Below are positions 1 through 7,128 of a DNA stretch of 64,000 nucleotides, in pieces. The stretch is from a virus. The stretch lies in the IMG/VR virus record IMGVR_UViG_3300042898_002099; one strand, given 5' to 3'. Made by a program: the position numbers and the translations under genes. Numbering within the stretch: position 1 is the first letter of the stretch; each line of letters opens with the position of its first letter. A model generated the notes under the pieces. The model searched no databases. It saw only the letters and a program-made list of their open reading frames with translations, and was not told where the DNA came from.

Positions 1-79
1 AAGGATTTATCGTCATTCTGCGTCTCGAATATTAAATTATATAATATTTATACCTAAGTATATTAGGTAAAACGAAGAC

Positions 80-102
80 AAAAAAAGGGCGCCGAAGCGC
101 CC
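80..102 (-). terminator. Intrinsic terminator with UUCG tetraloop
   Basis: Minus strand GGGCGC-TTCG-GCGCCC-TTTTTTT downstream of the 122..547 ORF. Confidence 0.9.
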
Positions 103-121
103 TGAAAGGAAAATATATGAA

Positions 122-547
122 TTATTTTTGAGAATGCAGAGCTTTGACGTGTGCTATTGCGGAAGGTAAATCTTTAAGGTGTTTTTCGTGAACATGAACA
201 TCGCTGTCATCTTGTCCGGACCAAGTCTTGTTGCTACCGGGTTGTTTATGATGAATAACCTTAACAGATGCGGTATTGTCTTTATGATGATTAACATAAA
301 CATTATACGCTTGGTTCTCATGTTCATGAAAATAATGATCTTTTATTGGAGACTTATGCTTTGGTTTAGTGTCTGGTTCCATCTGCTTTCGGGCTGAATC
401 GCCTGTTAAATGGATAAAATTCGGAGTCTCCCCGTGTAGTGTTTTTCCGCTGTGGGCATCTAATTGCTTAACAACTTCCTGATGATGATTGTTATGATCT
501 GATTCTCCCAACAACACACTTGTAATTGATTCGTGTAATGTGCTCAT
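122..547 (-). CDS. His-rich protein, probable internal head protein (paralog of 577..1008)
   Basis: N-terminal MSTLHESI..LLGE resembles T4 capsid-targeting leaders with a gp21-type LxE cleavage site; lies in a late-promoter unit. Confidence 0.55.
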   Translation of the reverse strand: MSTLHESITSVLLGESDHNNHHQEVVKQLDAHSGKTLHGETPNFIHLTGDSARKQMEPDTKPKHKSPIKDHYFHEHENQAYNVYVNHHKDNTASVKVIHHKQPGSNKTWSGQDDSDVHVHEKHLKDLPSAIAHVKALHSQK

Positions 548-576
548 TTATTTCTCCGCTATGTTTGTTATTATAA

Positions 577-1008
577 TTATTCTGGAGTATGTAACGTTTT
601 AACGTGCGCTATTGCAGAATGTAAATCTTTAAAGTGTTTCTCTTTGTGTTTTTCTGAATCATTATAATCTTGTGCTCTATCAGACCATTTTTGGCGATAT
701 GCAGAATGTTGAACAGTTGCGGTATTATCAGCGTGATGACTTACTGTAATATGGTGTTCATGTTGTTCATCTGCACCACCTGTAGCAAATTGCCCTTGAT
801 GGTAATAATGATCTTTTACAGGAGATGAATGTTTAGGAGAACCGCTAGGTCCGTCTTTATTTTCTCCTGATTCATGAGTAAATGCCGGTGTTTCTCCACC
901 AATATGTGGCCCAGCAGAGCTATTTAAGTGCTTAACAACTTCATCATGATTTTCGCTAAGGACTTTTCCTAACAGCATACCTGCAATTGATTCGTGCAAT
1001 GTTCTCAT
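577..1008 (-). CDS. His-rich protein, probable internal head protein (paralog of 122..547)
   Basis: MRTLHESI..LSE leader; shares GETPxFxH, SPxKDHY and KDLxSAIAHVK with its neighbour. Confidence 0.55.
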   Translation of the reverse strand: MRTLHESIAGMLLGKVLSENHDEVVKHLNSSAGPHIGGETPAFTHESGENKDGPSGSPKHSSPVKDHYYHQGQFATGGADEQHEHHITVSHHADNTATVQHSAYRQKWSDRAQDYNDSEKHKEKHFKDLHSAIAHVKTLHTPE

Positions 1009-1035
1009 TTATTACTCCAACTATGTTTGATATAT

Positions 1036-1043
1036 TATTTATA
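1036..1043 (-). promoter_or_regulatory. T4-type late promoter TATAAATA
   Basis: Exact gp55 consensus upstream of 577..1008. Confidence 0.8.
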
Positions 1044-1140
1044 ATAAAACATAATTAGATGTCATTAGATCCGCTTACGCCTTACGGAAGCACTTCTTTA
1101 GCATTGCGCCAAAAGGTAGGGAGAGTGCTCGAGAAGAATT

Positions 1141-1392
1141 TTAGGCTCGGCTAAATGCTTCTTTGCCCATCATGGCGTAGGCGGCAGCTACCATTTTGCG
1201 GCTAGGTGTACCGAGACGGTAAGCAGACTTGCCGTTCTTAGTAACGTTAGTGTAAACAGCGTAACCTTCTGAACGAAGTTCGCTGATACGAGGACGAATG
1301 CTGTCCTCAGAAGTGCCAGTTAAACCAGCGAGTTGAGCAGGCGTAAATTGACGACCGGACTCAAGAACTTTCAAAACACGGTTTTTCAACAT
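1141..1392 (-). CDS. Winged helix-turn-helix DNA-binding protein
   Basis: FTPAQLAGLTGTSEDSIRPRISELRSEGY HTH pattern followed by a beta wing. Confidence 0.7.
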   Translation of the reverse strand: MLKNRVLKVLESGRQFTPAQLAGLTGTSEDSIRPRISELRSEGYAVYTNVTKNGKSAYRLGTPSRKMVAAAYAMMGKEAFSRA

Positions 1393-1465
1393 ATGTTATT
1401 TCCATTAAAATATAATCGCATCAAAAAATTTTATAGCAACGGCGATCTTTCACTGCTATAAACAT

Positions 1466-1494
1466 ATTATAATATATTTCTACATTATAATCAA
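1466..1494 (-). promoter_or_regulatory. Sigma70-type early promoter
   Basis: TTGATT-N17-TATAAT. Confidence 0.7.
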
Positions 1495-1502
1495 GCATCA
1501 AG

Positions 1503-1763
1503 TTAACCTTTTCTGTGATGTCTACTCACATGGTTACCTTTAGCAAACTTATACAAATATTCATTTCCAATTTTACCTGATTCAATTTCGGTAAGAGCAG
1601 TTGAAATATTTTTCTTTGCGTCTCCAGATCCTTCTTTCTTTAGTTCTCGAGCTCTTGCGGATGCCACAAGAACTAAATCGTACCGATTACCTAGTTTAAG
1701 TACAGCTGCTTCTGAACTGAGACGTGTACGATCTGAATCGTCTATTGGATTAAATATAGTCAT
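1503..1763 (-). CDS. rpoZ: RNA polymerase omega subunit homolog
   Basis: GNRYDLVLVASARAREL and STALTEIESGKI match the omega motifs NRF/YxLxxxAxxRARxL and ALxEIxxG. Confidence 0.8.
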   Translation of the reverse strand: MTIFNPIDDSDRTRLSSEAAVLKLGNRYDLVLVASARARELKKEGSGDAKKNISTALTEIESGKIGNEYLYKFAKGNHVSRHHRKG

Positions 1764-1776
1764 AGTTTTCTTTAAA

Positions 1777-1853
<77 letters not shown>

Positions 1854-1859
1854 GTATTC

Positions 1860-1988
1860 TTAAATTGTTTCGTAATCTTCTTTGCCTACACCACATTCGG
1901 GGCACAGGAAATCTTCTGGTAACTGATCCCAATTACCTTCAAGTTCTTCATCATGGACATGACCGCATACAATACAAACGTGTTCCAT
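1860..1988 (-). CDS. Rubredoxin (42 aa, not in ORF track)
   Basis: MEHVCIVCGHVHDEELEGNWDQLPEDFLCPECGVGKEDYETI, two CxxC motifs; TAATG overlap with rubrerythrin. Confidence 0.9.
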   Translation of the reverse strand: MEHVCIVCGHVHDEELEGNWDQLPEDFLCPECGVGKEDYETI

Positions 1989-2428
1989 TATAGACTCTCC
2001 AATACTTGTTGATATGCCGCAGCATGACGTTGCTCAACTTTTTGCAGAGCAGCAAAACGCTTTTCAGCTTTAATCAATACTGCTTTAAATTGTTCCGCAT
2101 GTTCTTTACTTTCAGCAATCTGGTCTTTGTACTCAGTTGCTTCTTGTTCGCTCTTTGCACTTGCTAAGAATTCTGGATACATTGTAGTAAACTCATATGT
2201 CTCACCTTCAATTGCTTTTTCAAGACATTCTTTGGTAGAGGGTTTACCAATCAACAATTCCAAATGACCCCATGCATGAAGCAATTCTTGGTCAGCAGTA
2301 TGCCAAAAATGTTTGGCAATTTCTTCATAACCTTCTTCACGGGCAATCTTCGCAAAATAGCGATACTTGATATGCGCCATGCTTTCTCCTGCGAATGCAC
2401 TTTCTAAATTTTTAATAGTAACTGACAT
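1988..2428 (-). CDS. Rubrerythrin (ferritin-like di-iron protein)
   Basis: NLESAFAGESMAHIKY, ExxH motifs, EGETYEFTTMYP. Confidence 0.9.
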   Translation of the reverse strand: MSVTIKNLESAFAGESMAHIKYRYFAKIAREEGYEEIAKHFWHTADQELLHAWGHLELLIGKPSTKECLEKAIEGETYEFTTMYPEFLASAKSEQEATEYKDQIAESKEHAEQFKAVLIKAEKRFAALQKVEQRHAAAYQQVLESL

Positions 2429-2445
2429 TTTTGTTTCCTTTAAAT

Positions 2446-2530
2446 TGGTACCTGGAACCGGAATCGAACCGGTACACCTTTCGGCGAGAGATTTTAAGTC
2501 TCTTGTGTCTACCTATTTCACCATCCAGGC
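2446..2530 (-). tRNA. tRNA-Leu(TAA)
   Basis: Cloverleaf with long variable arm, CCA. Confidence 0.95.
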
Positions 2531-2537
2531 ATATCTC

Positions 2538-2566
2538 ATTATAATATAATATAGCGTTCTTGTCAA
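2538..2566 (-). promoter_or_regulatory. Sigma70-type early promoter
   Basis: TTGACA-N17-TATAAT. Confidence 0.8.
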
Positions 2567-2569
2567 ATG

Positions 2570-2848
2570 CTATTCATCCGAAACGTGATCTGCGATAAAT
2601 TCTCGATTCTTCAAAAAACGATTTTCATAATCTTTTCTACTCTTTTCAACATCAAAATTACTAACCATATTAGTTTTTATAACATCAAACAAAGCATGTT
2701 TAATTTTATTGGTAATACGTTTACTAAAATCTTCTAATACAATATCTCTATCCTCACCTTTGGCCAAACGCTGTAATGCGACACCCCGTTCAAATTGGTC
2801 AATACGTTCCAACCAATCCTCATAAGATTCAGTTTCAAGCTTTCGCAT
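2570..2848 (-). CDS. Standalone glutamyl-tRNA reductase (HemA) dimerisation-domain-like protein
   Basis: ERGVALQRLAKGEDRDIVLEDFSKRITNKIKH resembles the HemA C-terminal LxKGEDxxxVLExxSxxLTNKxxH; start moved to the ATG of MRKLE. Confidence 0.6.
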   Translation of the reverse strand: MRKLETESYEDWLERIDQFERGVALQRLAKGEDRDIVLEDFSKRITNKIKHALFDVIKTNMVSNFDVEKSRKDYENRFLKNREFIADHVSDE

Positions 2849-3386
2849 TTTTGAATCCCACAGATCCACCTTCTTTTTCTATTCGTTTAATGACATCTTC
2901 AAATAGAATAGGTCTAAAATCTGTTTGTTCTACGCAAACGCAATGATATCTAGTATCAATATTTCCGTTATACAATACTCGCCTTTGATGTGTGTGTCCG
3001 TGAATGTTAGTACCAAACCTACTCAACGAATCTGGATGCAAAGGTATGTGACTTAGAATCATACCATTCATTACATGATATGCTCGTAATTCTCTAAAAT
3101 GTTCTCGGTAGTCTTCGTCTTTGAAAATATCGTGATTGCCACGAATCAAGACTTTGTCGCCATTTAACCTGCTCATTATGCTTAGTGCTTTGCGGTTAAT
3201 GACAACATCGCCCAAGTGATATACTTTATCGTTGGGTCTTACTGTTTCATTCCAGCGCCGTACCATTTCTTCATCCATCTCCTCTGGACTAGTCCATGGG
3301 CGAATCTTTTCACCGTCGTCTCCGGTAAATACGCAAACACCTAAGTGTCCGAAATGTGTATCGCTTGTTAAAAATACTGCTGGCAT
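2835..3386 (-). CDS. Calcineurin-like metallophosphoesterase
   Basis: SDTHFGH, HLGD, GNHD and HGHTH motifs. Confidence 0.9.
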   Translation of the reverse strand: MPAVFLTSDTHFGHLGVCVFTGDDGEKIRPWTSPEEMDEEMVRRWNETVRPNDKVYHLGDVVINRKALSIMSRLNGDKVLIRGNHDIFKDEDYREHFRELRAYHVMNGMILSHIPLHPDSLSRFGTNIHGHTHQRRVLYNGNIDTRYHCVCVEQTDFRPILFEDVIKRIEKEGGSVGFKNAKA

Positions 3387-3401
3387 GATTTTAAAAATTA
3401 A

Positions 3402-3475
3402 TGGAGCGGGGTGGGGGAATTGAACCCCCGACTTTAGCTTGGAAGGCTAAGGTAATACCATTTTACGAACCCCGC
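3402..3475 (-). tRNA. tRNA-Gly(TCC)
   Basis: Cloverleaf, CCA. Confidence 0.95.
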
Positions 3476-3480
3476 ATTAT

Positions 3481-3556
3481 TGGTGCCCCCTGTCCGACTC
3501 GAACAGACCACCTACTGATTACAAATCAGTTGCTCTACCGGATGAGCTAAGGGGGC
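3481..3556 (-). tRNA. tRNA-Thr(TGT)
   Basis: Cloverleaf, CCA. Confidence 0.95.
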
Positions 3557-3562
3557 ATTATC

Positions 3563-4039
3563 TTATGCAACCATTGCTAAAACTTCTTTCAATCTGTCTG
3601 CCGCATAACTTGCAGCAAACGCATTTGGTTTAACCATTGGCACAACATTACAAGTACCTTTTATATATCCAACTGCCTGTTGAATCACTACAGAACTATT
3701 ATAACATTCTTTTGGATTAATGTCAAGATGAATTTGAACTTCTTTATCACCAACAACATCCAGTATTTTATGATACAATTCTGCAACCTTATATACTTCA
3801 GTCATTAGACGCATAGAAGGTTTACTGCTCTTAGCATCATAATCAATTTCGGTTTGAACCTCACCAAAGATTTTACAACCATGGCGACCATTGATGTGTA
3901 CTACAATAGCAAGAGTATAATCAGCATACCATTTTTCATTACGTCTATAGCGTTCAGAATCTGCACCAATATAAATTTTAGTATCAGGTCCTTGTGCTTC
4001 AATAAACGCTTTTACTTCTGCAATATCTATCTTTTTCAT
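3563..4039 (-). CDS. RNase H-like protein (YkuK/DUF458 family)
   Basis: IYIGADS, RLMTEV, IHLDIN, KPNAFAASYAAD; start set at MKKID because the longer ORF runs through tRNA-Gly. Confidence 0.8.
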   Translation of the reverse strand: MKKIDIAEVKAFIEAQGPDTKIYIGADSERYRRNEKWYADYTLAIVVHINGRHGCKIFGEVQTEIDYDAKSSKPSMRLMTEVYKVAELYHKILDVVGDKEVQIHLDINPKECYNSSVVIQQAVGYIKGTCNVVPMVKPNAFAASYAADRLKEVLAMVA

Positions 4040-4051
4040 AATACACCTTAA

Positions 4052-4125
4052 TGGAGCGGGTAGCGAGAATCGAACTCGCATGTTAACCTTGGCAAGGTTA
4101 CAGGTTACCATTACATCATACCCGC
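4052..4125 (-). tRNA. tRNA-Gly(GCC)
   Basis: Cloverleaf, CCA. Confidence 0.95.
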
Positions 4126-4136
4126 ATTGTTTATAT

Positions 4137-4165
4137 ATTATAACATCTTTTTACTTAAATGTCAA
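4137..4165 (-). promoter_or_regulatory. Sigma70-type early promoter
   Basis: TTGACA-N17-TATAAT with extended TG. Confidence 0.8.
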
Positions 4166-4168
4166 ATC

Positions 4169-4242
4169 TGGCACCCCCTCAAGGATTCGAACCTTGACCA
4201 ACGGTTTTGGAGACCGGTATGCTGCCATTACACTAAGGAGAT
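4169..4242 (-). tRNA. tRNA-Trp(CCA)
   Basis: Cloverleaf, CCA. Confidence 0.9.
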
Positions 4243-4268
4243 AAATAAAAGAACTACCGGCAATTAAC

Positions 4269-4850
4269 ATGAATCCATATGAAGTATTAGATGTTCCAAT
4301 AGATGCAAGCACAGAAGAAATTCGACAACGATATCGAACTCTTGCACAACTTCACCATCCTGATAAAGGTGGCGATGAAGAACTATTTAAACAAATAAAA
4401 CTAGCATATGAAATACTAAGTGATCCTTTACGAAGAAAGGACTTTGATCGAACAGGTAATGTTAATGCTAAAATTGATGTTCGAAATGAAGCATTAGATC
4501 ACATTGCCCAAATGTTATTTAGAATTGTTCCGAGTTTTAATCCAGAACAAGACGATTTAATCTTTCTTATGAAGAAAGAAGTTACTACAATTAAAACAGA
4601 TATGAATAATAATATTAATGTCTGTAATAGGCATTTAACTAATCTTGAAAAAGTAATACAACGATTAAAGATTAAAACTGATAATGAGAACTTGTTATTG
4701 CGGTTTGTTGAAAAACAAATAGAACAACGTAAACAAGAACACTCTAGCTTTATTCGTAGAATTGAAATTTGTGATATTGTTTTTGATATTCTAAACGACT
4801 ATGCTTACGGTTTACAAGAACTAGCGTTTAATGCTGGTGGTTCTAGTTAG
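4269..4850 (+). CDS. J-domain (DnaJ-like) protein
   Basis: NPYEVLDV...HHPDKGG...AYEILSDP. Confidence 0.9.
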   Translation: MNPYEVLDVPIDASTEEIRQRYRTLAQLHHPDKGGDEELFKQIKLAYEILSDPLRRKDFDRTGNVNAKIDVRNEALDHIAQMLFRIVPSFNPEQDDLIFLMKKEVTTIKTDMNNNINVCNRHLTNLEKVIQRLKIKTDNENLLLRFVEKQIEQRKQEHSSFIRRIEICDIVFDILNDYAYGLQELAFNAGGSS

Positions 4851-4909
4851 AGTCGAACTAACACTTGACAGCGTATGAAGCTGGTGCACTACCATTATGC
4901 TATAGAACC
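4835..4909 (-). tRNA. tRNA-Met(CAT), elongator type
   Basis: Cloverleaf, loop TTCATAC, CCA. Confidence 0.85.
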
Positions 4910-4911
4910 GT

Positions 4912-5003
4912 TGGTACCTCGGCCGAGAATCGAACTCGGATGAACCAATTATCTGTTGCTTACGGGATATAAATCCGCCGTTTTACCGTTAAACTACCGA
5001 GGT
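4912..5003 (-). tRNA. tRNA-Ile(TAT) with long variable region
   Basis: Perfect acceptor, D and T arms; loop TTTATAT; about 22 nt variable region. Confidence 0.7.
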
Positions 5004-5007
5004 ATGT

Positions 5008-5439
5008 TTATGCGTACTCGTAATTTACCGTGTCTATATTTTGACGGAAAATTGTAGCGCCATTTTTCAAATGAAATCGTTTTGCCATTTCAGTTGGTGG
5101 GCTTAGAGTAACAAATCTCTTTATACTTGGTCGTGTACTTATTATATTTTCTCTCGCTTTAAATATAAGATCGCGACCAGCACCAGGAGTGTAACTCCAT
5201 ATGGTGTAGAATATAACTGTATCGGGTTCGGCTGATTTAGAAAAAAGCTCTGCACAAGTAGTAGGTATGCTATCCATATAGGCAACACACACAACTGCTT
5301 GGGGCTTTTCATCTTTGAGGAGTATTAAGACTTCCCTGTTTTCGGTGATACGAAAGTCTACGGGAATCTCAGGGCGGACAGGATCGTCTTCAATTAGTCG
5401 AAGAAAAGGATCATCTAAATTTTTTGGTTTGTATATCAT
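5008..5439 (-). CDS. Hypothetical protein, GNAT-like
   Basis: FYTIWSY..GAGRDLI..VTLSP..AKRFHLKNGA resembles the GNAT fold; TATAAATA upstream at 5462-5469. Confidence 0.55.
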   Translation of the reverse strand: MIYKPKNLDDPFLRLIEDDPVRPEIPVDFRITENREVLILLKDEKPQAVVCVAYMDSIPTTCAELFSKSAEPDTVIFYTIWSYTPGAGRDLIFKARENIISTRPSIKRFVTLSPPTEMAKRFHLKNGATIFRQNIDTVNYEYA

Positions 5440-5510
5440 GATTAAGTCCTGTTGTCAATAATATTTATATAGATTACTGACAATTTTTTGCGGTAATCAA
5501 ACTTTATTTT

Positions 5511-5600
5511 TGGTGGAGAGCCTGGGAATCGAACCCAGTGAGCGTATTACTACACTCTACAGATTAGCAATCTGCTGCATTACCGTCCTGCCCGCTCTCC
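5511..5600 (-). tRNA. tRNA-Ser(GCT)
   Basis: Cloverleaf with long variable arm, CCA. Confidence 0.95.
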
Positions 5601-5604
5601 AAAA

Positions 5605-5844
5605 TCAATCCATGTCTTGTTCAAGTTTCTTTTCTTGAAATGTTTTTTCTTTCCAGACTTTTCTTGGATTAGCACACATAACACAATTTGGATCACCGCA
5701 ATTCATAGCGTGATGCTTGGCAAATTTGTGTGGCTCTTTTACTTCAATGCCATATGCTTTAGCAATTTTTGTTTGCCGTATAACAGCACTATTTTCTTTT
5801 AATAAACGCTTGCTATGTTTAAAACGATGCTCTTCATTTGACAT
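5605..5844 (-). CDS. Hypothetical basic protein with CxxxxCxxC motif
   Basis: HHAMNCGDPNCVMCANPRK. Confidence 0.7.
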   Translation of the reverse strand: MSNEEHRFKHSKRLLKENSAVIRQTKIAKAYGIEVKEPHKFAKHHAMNCGDPNCVMCANPRKVWKEKTFQEKKLEQDMD

Positions 5845-5871
5845 AAACTAACCCTTCAAAAAAATTATTTA

Positions 5872-5959
5872 TGGCGGAAGCGGTGAGATTCGAACTCACG
5901 GTACCTTTCGATACGCTAGTTTTCAAGACTAGAGCCATAGACCGCTCGACCACACTTCC
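5872..5959 (-). tRNA. tRNA-Ser(TGA)
   Basis: Cloverleaf with long variable arm, CCA. Confidence 0.95.
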
Positions 5960-5964
5960 ATATT

Positions 5965-6020
5965 AGGTGTAGGGTTTCCACCTACTCCCACCTCGCTTTA
6001 AAGTCTGCGTGTCCAAGACT
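5965..6020 (-). ncRNA. Small structured inter-tRNA RNA (putative)
   Basis: AGTCT/AGACT stem with possible CGC/GCG pseudoknot, then GTAGG/CCTAC hairpin. Confidence 0.4.
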
Positions 6021-6027
6021 CGTTGAT

Positions 6028-6107
6028 TGGCGGGTGGGAGTGAGAGTCGAACTCACATTACGCGGCATATACATCCCCGTTTCTAACCAATTGAAATATC
6101 CCAACCC
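6028..6107 (-). ncRNA. tRNA-like RNA with aberrant anticodon arm
   Basis: Canonical D arm, T arm and CCA; extended bulged acceptor stem; anticodon stem poorly paired. Confidence 0.6.
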
Positions 6108-6108
6108 A

Positions 6109-6183
6109 TGGGGAGAAGTACGGGGATCGAACCCGTGATAGCGGAATCACAACCCGCGGTTTTACCACTAAACTAACGACTCC
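6109..6183 (-). tRNA. tRNA-His(GTG)
   Basis: G-1 and C73; two acceptor-stem mismatches. Confidence 0.9.
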
Positions 6184-6189
6184 ATAAAC

Positions 6190-6266
6190 TGGCCGATCCT
6201 GCAGGACTCGAACCCACAACCTCCGGTTTCGAAGACCGGCACTCTAATCCATTGAGTTAAGGATCG
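6190..6266 (-). tRNA. tRNA-Arg(TCG)
   Basis: Cloverleaf, CCA. Confidence 0.95.
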
Positions 6267-6270
6267 ATAT

Positions 6271-6363
6271 CATATAGAAACACACTATAAAACACCCTGG
6301 TTGTTAAGTGTCACTACTATCCCGGTACCACCTCGGGGTAAGCGTGTAATGTGTTTTTATATG
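6271..6363 (-). ncRNA. Structured inter-tRNA RNA with long closing stem
   Basis: CATATAAAAACACA/TGTGTTTCTATATG closing stem enclosing two hairpins. Confidence 0.6.
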
Positions 6364-6437
6364 GTACGAGTAGGGGGATTCGAACCCACGACCAATAGAT
6401 TAAAAGTCTACTGCTCTACCAACTGAGCTATACTCGC
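6362..6437 (-). tRNA. tRNA-Lys(TTT)
   Basis: Cloverleaf, CCA. Confidence 0.95.
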
Positions 6438-6548
6438 ATTAATTTGGCGTCGCAATGCTTTGTTGCTTTTGCGATGCTCACCCGCTCTTCTAAATAAAGC
6501 CAATGCAACGAAGCGGTTACGTTGCTTGACGATCATCTTATGTCTCAT
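6408..6548 (-). CDS. Small basic protein (46 aa) whose ORF runs into tRNA-Lys
   Basis: MRHKMIVKQRNRFVALALFRRAGEHRKSNKALRRQINASIAQLVEQ; AGGAG SD and its own promoter. Confidence 0.7.
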   Translation of the reverse strand: MRHKMIVKQRNRFVALALFRRAGEHRKSNKALRRQINASIAQLVEQ

Positions 6549-6567
6549 TTTTATCTCCTAATATACT

Positions 6568-6596
6568 ATTATAACATCTTTTAGTATCCGAGTCAA
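6568..6596 (-). promoter_or_regulatory. Sigma70-type early promoter
   Basis: TTGACT-N17-TATAAT with extended TG. Confidence 0.8.
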
Positions 6597-6609
6597 ATGC
6601 TCGGGTATT

Positions 6610-6683
6610 TGGCAGAGGGTACAAGAATCGAACTTGTGATCTCGGAATCAAAATCCGATGTTATACCATTTAACTAACCCCCA
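6610..6683 (-). tRNA. tRNA-Gln(TTG)
   Basis: Cloverleaf, CCA. Confidence 0.9.
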
Positions 6684-6689
6684 ACATAT

Positions 6690-6764
6690 TGGTCCGGCGA
6701 CCAGGAATCGAACCTGGATTGATAGCTTAGAAGGCTACTGTTCTATCCATTGAACTACCACCAG
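6690..6764 (-). tRNA. tRNA-Arg(TCT)
   Basis: Cloverleaf, CCA. Confidence 0.95.
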
Positions 6765-6771
6765 ATAAAAA

Positions 6772-7035
6772 TTATTCTTCTACTGCAAGAATATCTTTTT
6801 CAGATATAACACCTAAATATTGGTCACCGTCTTTAACGACTTTAGCATTTGACCAAATCAAATACACGACATCGTCGACTTTAACTTCAGTTACATCTGG
6901 ACCGACAGCAAGAACCGTTGCAGTCTTTGTACTGTTATCTGATTTTGCTTTACCTAAGTAAATGCCGCTATCAGTTTCTTCTGGCTTTTCTGTATCAATA
7001 ACTAATACATTATCTCTTAATGGTTTATAATTCAT
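6772..7035 (-). CDS. groES: Co-chaperonin GroES/Cpn10 homolog
   Basis: KPLRDNVLV, ETDSGIYL, VLAVGP, ISEKDILAV. Confidence 0.9.
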   Translation of the reverse strand: MNYKPLRDNVLVIDTEKPEETDSGIYLGKAKSDNSTKTATVLAVGPDVTEVKVDDVVYLIWSNAKVVKDGDQYLGVISEKDILAVEE

Positions 7036-7051
7036 ATGCACTTTCAAAAAA

Positions 7052-7126
7052 TGGTACCTGGTGACAGTTTCGAACTGCCGACCCGCTGCGTGTAAAGCAG
7101 CCGCTCTACCCCTGAGCTAACCAGGC
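7052..7126 (-). tRNA. tRNA-Val(TAC)
   Basis: Cloverleaf, CCA. Confidence 0.95.
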
Positions 7127-7128
7127 GT

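Noticed and set aside
4040-4111. N-terminal extension of the 3563..4111 ORF
   Set aside because: Runs through tRNA-Gly(GCC); the ATG at 4039 has an AGGTG SD.
4912-5003. Possible ochre suppressor (TTA) reading, implying genome recoding
   Set aside because: The register from the D arm places TAT at 34-36, and core genes end in TAA normally with no in-frame stops.
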